This document shows positions 6,367-16,525 of a stretch of DNA of 55,978 bases, in pieces; positions within the stretch are counted from its first letter, which is position 1; each line of letters begins with the position of its first letter. Where the stretch lies: assembly GCA_043800705.1 (NCBI GenBank), contig JAZDMS010000043.1, forward strand, positions 1-55,978. Reading direction: 5' to 3'. The position numbers and the translations under genes are program-made. The notes below the pieces were generated by a model that was not told the origin of the DNA, did no database searches, and saw only the letters and a program-made list of their open reading frames with translations. The stretch comes from Candidatus Altiarchaeota archaeon (GTDB lineage Archaea; Altiarchaeota; Altiarchaeia; IMC4; SCGC-AAA252-I15).

Positions 6367-7845
6367 TCATTGGGGGGGTTTGGCTGTTCCTTGCTGGTTG
6401 CCTCCCTTTATTATTACAGTGTTCATCTTGTCTCTTTTCAGCTCTTTGTCTAGGAGTTTGAGCCTGTCTTGTACGAGTTTGTTGAGTTCGTAGAGGATTT
6501 TGTAGTCCGCCTTTAGCTCCTCCTCCTCTTTCGTGATTTCCATACCGAGCTCCTTTTCCTTGTCCTTCTCCTTTTCGACGAAGTTGAGTAGCCTCCACTC
6601 TTGGTCCTGGGCTTTTTCCAGTTTTTCCGCCAATTCTTTGGTTTCCGCCTCCATCCTCTGCGTCTGTTCCCTCAGGGTCTGGTTCTCGGAGGCTGTTTTC
6701 CTCAATTGCTCGTTCTCTTTGGCGATTTCCTGCATTTTCTGGTTCTGCGCCGTGAGCTTAGTCATCTCCTGGCGATGTTGTTCACGCTCGGCTTCAAGGC
6801 TCTTGATCTGTTGGGTTCGGTTTTTTGCCTGCTCCTCAATGTCCTGGTTTTGCCCCCTAAGTGTCTGGTTCTCTGTTTTAAGGTCGCCATTGGCCTCCCT
6901 TAGCCCTCTGTTCTCGTCTTCCAGCTCCTTTACCCTCCTGTTCTGGGTGGTAAGAAGCTGAAGGTCTATCTCATGCTTCTTGACGAGCTGTTGCAGCCTC
7001 TCGTTCTCCCTCCCAAGCTCATTGATCTGTGGGTTGTTCTTCAATGCCTCATTGCTGGCTTTGAGCGATTGTATCTCCCCCCGCATCTGTTGGTTTTCTT
7101 GTTGTAGTTTTGTGGTTTGTTGCTGTAGTGCCGGTATGTTTTGGGCCTGTGTCTTGAGTGTTTGGTTCTCTTGTTGGAGTTTTTGGGTCTGGTCTTTTAT
7201 CTGTTGGTTTTCTTGTTGTAGTTTTGTGGTTTGTTGCTGTAGTGCCGGTATGTTTTGGGCCTGTGCCTTGAGTGTTTGGTTCTCCTCCTGGGCCTTCTGC
7301 AGCTGTTGCAGTTGGGCGGCCTGATTCTGGGTTTGTGCGAGGTTTCTTTTATTGTCTGCTTCAAGGGTTTGGATCTGGGCCTTAAGCTTGGCGGTCTCCT
7401 GTGTGTCGGCGGGGGTTTGCTTTTGCGCTACGGCCTGGCCTTTCTCATGTTCCGCATTTTTCGCCAATGTGGCGTCTGTTATGATCACGATCGCGGCTGC
7501 CGTTTCGTTCCCATCCTTGGCGGCCGCTATCCTTGTCTTGTACCACTGGATCGAGCCGTCTGCAGAGGTTATGTTGAATTCCAACGCCTGTGGCTCGCCA
7601 TTCTGGAACACGGTCTTCAGTGCTTCGGTCATCTTCTGTTTGTGTTGGGGCGGGAAGTATTCGGCGGCGTTCATGCCGAAGGCATGTTTCTGGCTCATGC
7701 CGGGCAGCATCCTGTTGGTGAATATTATCACCTGGTCTTTGCCGACCGTGAGGATGTAGTCCGAGGAGTTGTCTAAGATGGCTTTAACCATCAACTCCAT
7801 CTCTTGGAGTGTTTTTTCGAGCCTTGTTTTGTCGTCTTCGGGCAT
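6367..7845 (-). CDS. PAS-domain protein with long Gln-rich coiled coil
   Basis: AILDNSSDYI...FTN...ADGSIQWY...IITDAT PAS/PAC; heptad-rich tail with a 38-aa internal duplication. Confidence 0.8.
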   Translation of the reverse strand: MPEDDKTRLEKTLQEMELMVKAILDNSSDYILTVGKDQVIIFTNRMLPGMSQKHAFGMNAAEYFPPQHKQKMTEALKTVFQNGEPQALEFNITSADGSIQWYKTRIAAAKDGNETAAAIVIITDATLAKNAEHEKGQAVAQKQTPADTQETAKLKAQIQTLEADNKRNLAQTQNQAAQLQQLQKAQEENQTLKAQAQNIPALQQQTTKLQQENQQIKDQTQKLQQENQTLKTQAQNIPALQQQTTKLQQENQQMRGEIQSLKASNEALKNNPQINELGRENERLQQLVKKHEIDLQLLTTQNRRVKELEDENRGLREANGDLKTENQTLRGQNQDIEEQAKNRTQQIKSLEAEREQHRQEMTKLTAQNQKMQEIAKENEQLRKTASENQTLREQTQRMEAETKELAEKLEKAQDQEWRLLNFVEKEKDKEKELGMEITKEEEELKADYKILYELNKLVQDRLKLLDKELKRDKMNTVIIKGGNQQGTAKPPQ

Positions 7846-8022
7846 TATTCTCTAATTTGTCTTTATCGGTTAAATAGACCACTTCTTTTCGGTCATTTTC
7901 CAGTATTCTGTCCCTCTGGTTTTTATATCCTAACAGTAATAATTAAAGACTTTTTTGAGTTGTTAACCATGTTTGAAGTGATTGTTGCGGCGTTGAAGTA
8001 TCTTAGGGGAATTCCGGTGGAT

Positions 8023-8310
8023 ATGACTGAGGATGCGGTTCTGGCAGGAGAGCTCCGGGCCGGTTCCGTTGTCGGCTTGCTCGTTTCCCCACTCGGAGAT
8101 GAGGCAAATACGGTGATGGTCGATGTCTGTATATCAGAAGACGGCCAGGGAGAGCTTATAAAACCCGGCCAGACGCTTCCCTTGGAGGGACAGGGGGGAG
8201 TATACCACATAAACCCCGAGTGGCGACGGTATCTGCCGCATCCGCTCTGGGACAATACCGATGAAATAAGTGATAAACCATTTAGGGGGGCTAATTCAGG
8301 CATTTTTTAG
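8023..8310 (+). CDS. hypothetical protein (start uncertain, 7969 or 8023)
   Basis: Open frame with a GGTG RBS-like motif before ATG 8023; no recognisable motif. Confidence 0.4.
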   Translation: MTEDAVLAGELRAGSVVGLLVSPLGDEANTVMVDVCISEDGQGELIKPGQTLPLEGQGGVYHINPEWRRYLPHPLWDNTDEISDKPFRGANSGIF

Positions 8311-8341
8311 GTATTTATACATATTGAACATTGTATACTAT

Positions 8342-9235
8342 GTGTGGAAGTATCTTGTCGGTGGGCTGATACTATCTTTTGCGGTCTTTTTGGTCAGCGG
8401 CAGCATCGGTTCCCCAATAGGTGTGGATCAACCCTCTATGGTTGTTGCAGACAGCAATGGGTCCGATCAGCCGGAGGGTGCGCTGGAGTGCGTCATAGAC
8501 CTTGACTGCGGAATCACAGGCTACGGGGATTACATATGCGAAAAGAACTTCGTAGTCCGAGATTACCACATATACCGATGCGTCGGTGTAGGGTCCCGCA
8601 ACGCCACATGCGTAAATGAAACTAAACGGGACGCATATGATCTGTGCAGGCCTGACGAGGTCTGCGAACCCGGCAAACGGATATGCCAACCACTGCTGCC
8701 ATTGCTTGTGCAAAAGCCAGTATACGCGAACTGCGATTATGATGACCTCATCTGCCAGTGTTCGAATGGCATCAAAGACGTCGGCGAAACGGGCGTCGAC
8801 TGCGGAGGCTCATGCAAGTCTTGCGTCATCGAATGCGTATCAAATTCAAGCTGTGGGATACCCCGCTGGAATCCGCCCTACTGCGGCGGCGACGGCTCCG
8901 TATATCAGGACTATGTCGCATACGCCTGCGTGGACCCAGGCACGATAGACTCATACTGCAGACATGACAGGACCACCAGAAGGAGCGACTATTGCGGTCC
9001 CACAAACGTATGTGTCCGGGGGCGTTGCGTAGACGACGACGACCGGGAGCCTTATGCCTACCTTGACGGGGGGCATTTCGGCAGCAATAGGACGAGGCTG
9101 TCCCAGGAATACGTGTGCCAAGTCGGCGACTCATGCTATACGCTGGATCAGGGGTTTTCGACATGTGTCGGTACGTCATGCTACCTGATCAAGCCCATGG
9201 ACGGAGAGGATAAGGGACCGGTCGGGCTGAAGTAG
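8342..9235 (+). CDS. secreted cysteine-rich repeat protein
   Basis: Hydrophobic N-terminus; duplicated ECxxxxxCG...YC modules; CSNGIKDVGETGVDCGGSC motif; start uncertain. Confidence 0.75.
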   Translation: MWKYLVGGLILSFAVFLVSGSIGSPIGVDQPSMVVADSNGSDQPEGALECVIDLDCGITGYGDYICEKNFVVRDYHIYRCVGVGSRNATCVNETKRDAYDLCRPDEVCEPGKRICQPLLPLLVQKPVYANCDYDDLICQCSNGIKDVGETGVDCGGSCKSCVIECVSNSSCGIPRWNPPYCGGDGSVYQDYVAYACVDPGTIDSYCRHDRTTRRSDYCGPTNVCVRGRCVDDDDREPYAYLDGGHFGSNRTRLSQEYVCQVGDSCYTLDQGFSTCVGTSCYLIKPMDGEDKGPVGLK

Positions 9236-9351
9236 CACTGGTGTTAGTCGAACGCATATATATAATAACGCCCCTATAACACGTTTTTAAAGGCTTCTGC
9301 TAATAAGTTAAACATCTCTTTTATGAGATACATACAAAAAAGGTGAAAGAA

Positions 9352-9519
9352 ATGGCAGATTTGATTGTTAAGTCGAAGGTAAAAGAATATGTTGGAGACA
9401 TGAGTGTTGGAGCAGACTTTTACGATGCCTTGAACGGCAGGGTCGCCAAGTTGATTGACGACGCCAAATCCCGCTGCAAGGAGAACAACCGCAGCACACT
9501 CAAGGCTAGGGACGTCTAA
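9352..9519 (+). CDS. 55-aa histone-fold protein (DUF1931-like, short alpha-3 / face-to-face type)
   Basis: MADLIVKSKVKEYVGDMSVGADFYDALNGRVAKLIDDAKSRCKENNRSTLKARDV; AGGTGA RBS; RxTxxxxD motif; absent from the ORF track. Confidence 0.88.
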   Translation: MADLIVKSKVKEYVGDMSVGADFYDALNGRVAKLIDDAKSRCKENNRSTLKARDV

Positions 9520-9529
9520 AAACCCTAAC

Positions 9530-9565
9530 CTTTATTCTTTTTCTTTTTTTTATCTTCTTTTCACA
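9530..9565 (+). terminator. archaeal oligo-T terminator region
   Basis: Long pyrimidine/T tracts directly after the histone gene stop. Confidence 0.55.
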
Positions 9566-9575
9566 TTCTACTCTG

Positions 9576-10313
9576 ATGGACTCCGATGCATTTTTAAGCC
9601 GGTTTTCGGCGGATTTGGGCGATTCCAAAGCCGTCGTATTGATAAGTTCCTGCAGCATAGAATACTGGGGCAGAAGCCGTTCCGTCATCGGCCTCGGCGA
9701 CCGTATACTTATCTTTAAGCCGGATTCCACCATTATCGTCCATTCGCCGACGGGGTTCAAGCCCGTCAACTGGATGAGTGCGCCGTGCGACGCTTCCGCA
9801 GGCATAGAGGCCGGGAAAGTGATAATTTTCGGGCAGAGGACGGTCAAGCCGTTCGAGGAATTGAAGATCAGGGTCGAGAAGATCCTCGGCTACGAGTCGT
9901 ACATGGACCTGTCAGACCTTGAGAAGCTGGAACTTACCCACACCGAACACGACATGCGCGACTACCTCGCCAAGCACCCGGAGGAGGTCGACCCGGCGTT
10001 CAGGCTGAAAAGCGTCGAATACCATACGCCTCTCGGATTCTTCGACCTATATGGCAAGATCGGCGAGACCTACGTCGTGGTGGAGTTGAAGTCCGTCAGG
10101 GCAGGCCTTCCCGCCGTCCTTCAGTTGAAGAGATACCGCGACTGGCTCGCCGAACGCCTGAGGCAGGATGTTCGGGGCATCTTGATGGCCCCCGCGGTCG
10201 CGACGAACCCGCTCGCCCTCCTGAAGAAGGAGGGGCTCGAGTACAGGAAGTTCAACGTCCACAAACTGGAGATAAAACGCAGCAAACAGACCCTCAACCA
10301 GTGGATGGGCTAA
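9576..10313 (+). CDS. nucS: endonuclease NucS/EndoMS
   Basis: CSIEYWGRS, LIFKPDSTIIVH, KPVNW, DLYG...VVELK, QLKRY; C-terminal PIP-like QTLNQW. Confidence 0.93.
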   Translation: MDSDAFLSRFSADLGDSKAVVLISSCSIEYWGRSRSVIGLGDRILIFKPDSTIIVHSPTGFKPVNWMSAPCDASAGIEAGKVIIFGQRTVKPFEELKIRVEKILGYESYMDLSDLEKLELTHTEHDMRDYLAKHPEEVDPAFRLKSVEYHTPLGFFDLYGKIGETYVVVELKSVRAGLPAVLQLKRYRDWLAERLRQDVRGILMAPAVATNPLALLKKEGLEYRKFNVHKLEIKRSKQTLNQWMG

Positions 10314-10331
10314 AGTCTATTTAACGTATCT

Positions 10332-11444
10332 ATGCGTATTCAGTTACCGATGAGGTTCGGCTTACTATTTGCGATCGCCATCGTCCTCTCACAGGCGGTA
10401 TCCGCGTGGGGGCCGGTAACGAGCCGCCACGTCTGCACCGAAAGCGTCAGGTTCGTCTGGGGGGAGGGGGCCATAACGGAGTGCCTGAATGGCGTCGACA
10501 AAGACACCCTCGACGAGTTATGCGCAAGCACCTATAACGTCCTGGGGCAGGAGGCAGAAGCCAGTTGCAGGGCCGCGATGGCTGACGGAAAGGACATAGA
10601 TCCTTCGACCGCATCATCTGGCGTTTTCAAGGACGCGGAAAACCACTACGACTTCAGCCACTGCCCGCTGTCCGGTACCGCAAAGGCCTGGATTTGCGGC
10701 GACGGCAGCCGGCCGGCGTACGATGTCGCGCTCAAATGGTTCGACGAGGCGAAGACCGCATCCGGCCTGTGCTCCAGGATATATTCCTTCTGCATCGGCG
10801 CATCATACTACGCCGACTCAGAGAGTTCGCTGAATTCGCTGAAGTACGGCCAAAGCTGCGTCAAGGACATAGAAGACAGCGTCGACCGCTCCATTGCCGC
10901 AGGGACTGCGGATTGGAGCGCGAACGTCCTGTGCAACTTCAACAACGGGGAGCGCGGGCTCGGCAACCTGTTCTACAAGCAGAGGATCGGGGAATCCTCC
11001 TCAACCCTGAACAGGGCGATAGCCAACATAACCGCCCGAGGATTCGAGCTCAAGGACGTGCCATACACGCCGAAGAAGGGAGTCATCGTCCTTGCCAATA
11101 GCATAGATTCGAAAGCGGCATATATTCTCGTGGATTATCTCAAAGCGAACGGCGTCAAAGCCGTACCTTCGGACTCGACGGATTTCGAGCGGCTGAAGTA
11201 CAATACCCGCATAGTCATAGTCGGGGGACAAAACTCGCCGGAAGGCGTAGGCCAGGCTGCGGCATCCGTATTGTCGCAGGAGCAGGAGGAGGCGCTGCTT
11301 GCACCTTCCGCGATGTACGTGTTCGAGACGTCGGGGATATGGGCTCAAAACCAGAAAGTGGTCATAATAGCGGGCAACGAGGCGGCCGACACGGAACAGG
11401 CCTCGAACGAGTATCGGCAGAAGGTTTTGGAGGCGGTGAAATAA
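10332..11444 (+). CDS. secreted protein: degenerate Zn-PLC/P1-like domain plus alpha/beta surface (S-layer-associated-like) domain
   Basis: Signal peptide then AWG; Cys-rich; C-terminal VIVLANSID...IVIVGGQNSPEGVG domain; paralogue of 11847 and 15265. Confidence 0.65.
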   Translation: MRIQLPMRFGLLFAIAIVLSQAVSAWGPVTSRHVCTESVRFVWGEGAITECLNGVDKDTLDELCASTYNVLGQEAEASCRAAMADGKDIDPSTASSGVFKDAENHYDFSHCPLSGTAKAWICGDGSRPAYDVALKWFDEAKTASGLCSRIYSFCIGASYYADSESSLNSLKYGQSCVKDIEDSVDRSIAAGTADWSANVLCNFNNGERGLGNLFYKQRIGESSSTLNRAIANITARGFELKDVPYTPKKGVIVLANSIDSKAAYILVDYLKANGVKAVPSDSTDFERLKYNTRIVIVGGQNSPEGVGQAAASVLSQEQEEALLAPSAMYVFETSGIWAQNQKVVIIAGNEAADTEQASNEYRQKVLEAVK

Positions 11445-11626
11445 GCATAATCCCCTGCGGGATTATGAATTTCAAACACGATATCCAAAAAAACAAAAGG
11501 AGGTGCGAACGCAGGGCAGACAATAGGGTTGCCTTGCGTGTTTGAAATGAGAGACCAGAAAAAGGACGAAGAAGGCGAGGATCTCAGCCAGAAGGAGAAG
11601 AAGAAAAAGCGGAAGATGCGGATGGC

Positions 11627-11821
11627 ATGGCTCAGTTGAACCTAAGGCTCATATTGCCTTTGCTAGCTGCCTTAGCCTTAGGATACGGGGCATACCACAT
11701 GTTCACGACAGGGAATCAGATATACTCCCTCCTCCTTGTGGGGTTAGCGCTTATGAGCGCATGGTTTGCCTCCGAAGGCATCAGGAAATGGTGGTATGGC
11801 CTTCGCAACCCCTTTTATTGA
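11627..11821 (+). CDS. small two-TM membrane protein (may extend to 11547 via a frameshift)
   Basis: Two hydrophobic segments; upstream Lys/Glu-rich ORF from 11547 runs out of frame at about 11625. Confidence 0.55.
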   Translation: MAQLNLRLILPLLAALALGYGAYHMFTTGNQIYSLLLVGLALMSAWFASEGIRKWWYGLRNPFY

Positions 11822-11846
11822 GCCTCAGGTAATAGTACCCTGGGGG

Positions 11847-13940
11847 ATGATGCAGCGTATACTTATCTTCATACTGGTCGTTTTCGCGCTTTCTTCCGAG
11901 GTTTCGGCTTGGGGGAACTGGACGTATTCCGCTGCTGCGGTCAGGCTCTGCGGCGAATACGGCTGCGGGTGCGAACAGAGCGCTAAGGAGGGCGCCGCAG
12001 CCCCGGACCAGAGGTTCAGGGACGAACCGACACACCACTGCTACAAGCCCATATACGACCTCACACAATATCCTGCCGGCTTATGGGATGCGCCGGCGCT
12101 GATGGAGTGCCCAGCACTGGACAAGACTGCGATATGGCTCGAAGAGGCGGAAAACGACACCTCATGCGAGCGCTGGTATGACCTCGGAGTCGGCCTACAT
12201 TACTTCCTCGACTCGAAGGAGATATGGAACACGGTCGCGGCCGCCAACGTAAGCTGCATGCTTGAACAGGAGGGCGAGATCGACGAATACCTGCGTTTTG
12301 GCGGGCTGACGTGGAAATCCTGCACATGCGGTGTCTGCGTCTTATCCGACGACTTCGCGGGATGGCTTCTGGAATACAGGGAACGGGTGAAATCCCTAGT
12401 GTCGGCGGAGACGGGCACCTCACCCTCCGCAGTCATCCTCTCGAATGAAATGGACCGGCCGGCAGCAGTCAGGCTAGCCGAATATCTCAGCTCCCAAAAC
12501 GTCACAGCCACGCTCTCCGACGCCGCAGGGTTCTCCGGCATGAAGAACCGGCCTTTCATCGTCGTCGCAGGCGGGCAGAACGCGCCGGATGTGGGGCCTC
12601 TTTCAGGGAGCGTTTTCACCGACGAGGACAAGAACCAGGTCCTCAGGTCGGTCCTTACAGGCTCTGTGTTCAAGAAGACGGACGTGTGGGTCGCAGGCCA
12701 GACTGTATATTTCATCGCAGGCTGGGGCTTCAACGAGACTGCCGACGCCTTATGGTCGTCGAGGGAGACAATAAGGGATGAGGCAAGTCTGAGGGTCGCC
12801 CCCGCTGAAGGCGGGCTCATCGCAGAGTGCCTGCACAACGCCGACTGCGGCAGCGCATACTGGGGCCCTTATGTGTGTTCCACGAAGAAGACCTCTGCCA
12901 GAGTCATGTACTCTCCGCTATGTGCCCGGGGCAGATGCATCCAGCGCTCCGGGACGCCTTCGACGAGGGGATGCGGCGAAGGATCATGCCTGCCGTTCAT
13001 CGGATGCGTCTCGCAGTCTCAGCTTGGCGTCTTCGAGGGCGTGAGGACGCCGATGTTCTACAGCTGGCTCAGCGCGGACCGCGGAACCTCCATCGTCGGA
13101 AAGAGCGTCAAACTGGTCCTGTCCGTGAAGACATACCTCAACGAGACCATGAACTGCCAATACTACGGCGACGGATGGGAGGGCATGGGGGAGCTCGCAC
13201 TGAACAGGTCCCTCAACCACACCATCGAGCTCCTCATCAACGTCTCCTCAAACCAAATCGGCTCCCGCACCTTCCTGCAGAGGATACGCTGCGGGAACGA
13301 GTCCACGGATAATTCGGGAGAATTCAACATGCTATACTATGCGGAACACAACTTCACCCTGATGAGCATCGCCCCGCCCCTGGCGTTCACGTTCTCCGTC
13401 CACCCCGGCAACGTCAGCTTCGCAGGCTGCTTCGATCGGGCGAACGTCACTCTCAGGGTGGAGAACCTATGCAGCCATAACATAACCTGCAGATACTCCG
13501 TCGGCGGCATGAGGGGGCAGCTGGACATCCTCCCCGTTGGCAAGACCTACAACCTCACCGGAGGCTACTGGACCTGGGGGCACGTGAACGAGACCACATA
13601 CGATTATCTCGACTACTACAGCGGCGCCGACTTCAGAAACGGGACCTACGTCACATATGATGAGAACGAGACCCCGATAACCCTCAACTACTCGCAGGCC
13701 GAAATCGACAGATACGCGAACGAGCCTTACAATATCACGATACGACTCCCCTACTTCTACAAGAACGTCTCGGACAACAGCACATACCAATGGGACTACC
13801 CCCACTGGTCCGAGAACCGGTTCACAGTCGACTCCAGGGAATGCACAGTCGACAGGATCCCCGTCACCGTCACATGCACCGACAGATACAACCAGACCTC
13901 GACCCTGAAGAAGGACATACCCCTGAAGCTGCCTAGATGA
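11847..13940 (+). CDS. large secreted multidomain protein (Zn-PLC/P1-like, alpha/beta surface, Cys-rich and beta-rich domains)
   Basis: SAWG after the signal peptide; APD...HHCY...LGVGLHYFLD; LSNEMD...AGGQNAP domain; many NxS/T sequons. Confidence 0.7.
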   Translation: MMQRILIFILVVFALSSEVSAWGNWTYSAAAVRLCGEYGCGCEQSAKEGAAAPDQRFRDEPTHHCYKPIYDLTQYPAGLWDAPALMECPALDKTAIWLEEAENDTSCERWYDLGVGLHYFLDSKEIWNTVAAANVSCMLEQEGEIDEYLRFGGLTWKSCTCGVCVLSDDFAGWLLEYRERVKSLVSAETGTSPSAVILSNEMDRPAAVRLAEYLSSQNVTATLSDAAGFSGMKNRPFIVVAGGQNAPDVGPLSGSVFTDEDKNQVLRSVLTGSVFKKTDVWVAGQTVYFIAGWGFNETADALWSSRETIRDEASLRVAPAEGGLIAECLHNADCGSAYWGPYVCSTKKTSARVMYSPLCARGRCIQRSGTPSTRGCGEGSCLPFIGCVSQSQLGVFEGVRTPMFYSWLSADRGTSIVGKSVKLVLSVKTYLNETMNCQYYGDGWEGMGELALNRSLNHTIELLINVSSNQIGSRTFLQRIRCGNESTDNSGEFNMLYYAEHNFTLMSIAPPLAFTFSVHPGNVSFAGCFDRANVTLRVENLCSHNITCRYSVGGMRGQLDILPVGKTYNLTGGYWTWGHVNETTYDYLDYYSGADFRNGTYVTYDENETPITLNYSQAEIDRYANEPYNITIRLPYFYKNVSDNSTYQWDYPHWSENRFTVDSRECTVDRIPVTVTCTDRYNQTSTLKKDIPLKLPR

Positions 13941-14271
13941 CCTTGACGAGGACGTACCGCTTCCGATCATGTTCCAGGCTTTCCACCCTCACCCTGAGCT
14001 TGACGGGCCTGCCGTCCTTCTTCATCGCCGTCACCACCAACGTCTGCTCCCTTGAAAGCAGGCTGAAGAGGATGCCCTTGACCTGCGGCCCGTCGAGGAC
14101 CACGAACTCGCTCAGGTTGACGCCGACCAGGTCTTCGGATGCGTAACCGAGCTCCTCCCTAACCCTATCCCCGGCCCACACGACCCTGAGATCCGAGGCA
14201 TCTATGATGAAATCAGCGGACCACAGCCTGGCCCTGGCGGCCTCCAGGAGCGCCTGGATCCCGACGTCCAT
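13933..14271 (-). CDS. stand-alone PAS-domain protein
   Basis: LGYASEDLVG and KKDGRPV PAS/PAC signatures. Confidence 0.75.
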   Translation of the reverse strand: MDVGIQALLEAARARLWSADFIIDASDLRVVWAGDRVREELGYASEDLVGVNLSEFVVLDGPQVKGILFSLLSREQTLVVTAMKKDGRPVKLRVRVESLEHDRKRYVLVKVI

Positions 14272-14348
14272 AACTAATATTTACCCCCGGCGCTTATATC
14301 CCCCCTTAGCGGATTTATTATTCCCAATCCCATATCTTATCCTATAAA

Positions 14349-15227
14349 ATGGCACAGCGAAAGATCAAGTTGGGGCTCCCGAAGGGGAGTCTGGAGGAGT
14401 CGACGTTCAAGTTGTTCGAGAAGGCGGGTTTCAAGATATCTAAGACGAGCCGCAGCTACTTCCCGACCATCAACGACGAAGAGATCGAGCCTATGATGAT
14501 GCGGGCCCAGGAGATAGCCAGATACGTCGAACAGGGCGTACTGGACTGCGGTCTCACAGGCTGGGACTGGGTCGTAGAGAACAACGCAAAGGTCGTCGAC
14601 GTCGCAGACCTAATCTACTCGAAGGCTTCGATGCGGCCTGTCAAATGGGTGCTGGCCGTTCCGGAAGACGGCAAGATAAGGTCAGTCAAGGACCTCGAAG
14701 GCAAGCGCATCGCCACAGAAGTCGTCAACATAACCAAGAAATACCTCAAAGACAACGGAGTAAAGGCCGACGTCGAATTCAGCTGGGGCGCCACGGAGGC
14801 GAAGCCGCCGCTTCTGGCGGATGCGATAGTCGAAGTCACCGAAACCGGAAGCAGCCTGAGGGCCAACAAGCTCAAGATCATCGACACCATCATGTCCTCC
14901 AACACAAAGGTCATCGCCAACAGGGAGGCATGGGCGGACAGGCAGAAGAGGGAGAAGATCGAGGAGGTCGTCATGCTCCTCAAAGGCGCCCTCATGGCGG
15001 AGGAAAAGGTGGGGCTGAAGATGAACGTCCCATGCAACGAACTCGAAGGCCTCCTGTCGATACTGCCCGCGCTGAACAAGCCGACCGTATCGTCCCTGTC
15101 CGACCCGGACTGGGTGGCGGTGGAGACGATCCTGGACGAGAAACTGGTCCGCGGCCTCATCCCCGTGCTGAAGAGGAAGGGGGCGTCGGGGATAGTCGAA
15201 TACAGCCTAAACAAGATAATCCCCTAG
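14349..15227 (+). CDS. hisG: ATP phosphoribosyltransferase (long form)
   Basis: [31 protein letters not shown]; C-terminal regulatory domain. Confidence 0.96.
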   Translation: MAQRKIKLGLPKGSLEESTFKLFEKAGFKISKTSRSYFPTINDEEIEPMMMRAQEIARYVEQGVLDCGLTGWDWVVENNAKVVDVADLIYSKASMRPVKWVLAVPEDGKIRSVKDLEGKRIATEVVNITKKYLKDNGVKADVEFSWGATEAKPPLLADAIVEVTETGSSLRANKLKIIDTIMSSNTKVIANREAWADRQKREKIEEVVMLLKGALMAEEKVGLKMNVPCNELEGLLSILPALNKPTVSSLSDPDWVAVETILDEKLVRGLIPVLKRKGASGIVEYSLNKIIP

Positions 15228-15264
15228 GTTTTGGTTTATTATTATCCAACAATAATACATTATC

Positions 15265-16524
15265 ATGAGGCGGATTCTGCTGGCTTTAGTCTCACTTTTA
15301 GCCTTATCCCCGGCCGCATGTGCCTGGGGCCCCGCAGCCAACAAGTTGTTCTGCCAGGCCGCCGTGCAGGACGTCTGGGGCCAGTCTGCCCTCGGCTGCC
15401 TGGACAATCCGGCACAGTACTGCCAGGAACTCGGGCTCATCCTGAACGATTCGATGCGGCAGCAGTGCCAGGACGCATACGCCTCCGGCGTTGAGATACA
15501 TCCCGCGAATGCGCCCTTGACGCTATTCAACGATGTCGAGAACCACTACAACTACGAAAACTGCCCCCTCAAATGGGTGCGGGAAGGCAACAAATGGATC
15601 TGCTCCGGCCAGGGCAACCCCGCCCGCGAACAGGCAATATTCTGGTTCGACGCCTCAGGAAAGTCCGACGACGTCTGCAGGCAGGTCCGGCTCTTCTGCA
15701 CCGGCGCATTCTACTACACCTCCTCGTTCTTCCCGCTGCACAGGGTCAAATACCTCGAAGGCTGCTTAAACGGCCCGTTCGACGACCTTGTCGACAAGGC
15801 CCTCGCATCCGGCCCGGGCAACTGGACAGTGAGCGAACAGTGCACCTTCGCATACATGAAGCCGTTGGCGGGGGTCTCCAGGCTCACGACGCAGCACGTG
15901 ACCTTCGTAATGACGGAGGCCGACTATTCCGCGGTCCTCTCCAACCTCACAGTGGCCGCTCAGTATGTGAGAAACCCGCAGCTGATGCCTGCGACCACAA
16001 CCACTGCGACGAGCACATCAACGACATCGACTACGACAACCCTCACACAGCCGACGGCTACTGTGCTGACGACGATAACGACGCAGACTACTACCCCCAC
16101 AATCGCGCCCACGACGACAACGCCGACCACTACCTCTCCATCATCAACTACTACGCAGACGACAACCTCGCCCACGATCCCGACCACCACGGTCCCGACG
16201 ACGACAACCTCAGCAACAATGACCACGAATGAACCCCCAACCACGACTCAGAAGACCGTCAGCCCGGAAGCGAACAAGTCCATAGAGCAGATAGACTCCC
16301 TCTTCGGAGACCTAGTGTCTTCGATCAACCAGACACAGGCCAAGCAGGAGCCGAAGACAAGCGTCAACAACATCGTCATGTTAGCTGTCATGATGACCGT
16401 AGCCGCACTGTCCATCCTCCTGCTCATATACCTATACACTGCAATGAAGAGGCCGACCATGCACTCCAGCCGGAAGGTGATCCTGCCCCCGAGCGTCAGG
16501 AGAAAGATGCGCAAAGGCCCGTGA
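15265..16524 (+). CDS. membrane-anchored surface protein (degenerate PLC/P1-like domain, Thr-rich stalk, C-terminal TM)
   Basis: AWG after the signal peptide; paralogous to 10332; poly-Thr region; TM plus basic tail. Confidence 0.75.
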   Translation: MRRILLALVSLLALSPAACAWGPAANKLFCQAAVQDVWGQSALGCLDNPAQYCQELGLILNDSMRQQCQDAYASGVEIHPANAPLTLFNDVENHYNYENCPLKWVREGNKWICSGQGNPAREQAIFWFDASGKSDDVCRQVRLFCTGAFYYTSSFFPLHRVKYLEGCLNGPFDDLVDKALASGPGNWTVSEQCTFAYMKPLAGVSRLTTQHVTFVMTEADYSAVLSNLTVAAQYVRNPQLMPATTTTATSTSTTSTTTTLTQPTATVLTTITTQTTTPTIAPTTTTPTTTSPSSTTTQTTTSPTIPTTTVPTTTTSATMTTNEPPTTTQKTVSPEANKSIEQIDSLFGDLVSSINQTQAKQEPKTSVNNIVMLAVMMTVAALSILLLIYLYTAMKRPTMHSSRKVILPPSVRRKMRKGP

Positions 16525-16525
16525 A

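Noticed and set aside
9506-9847. Minus-strand 113-aa ORF
   Set aside because: Antisense to nucS and runs through the histone terminator
15990-16250. ACN-rich tract as a non-coding repeat
   Set aside because: Explained by the poly-Thr stalk of the surface protein; same for 35690-35870
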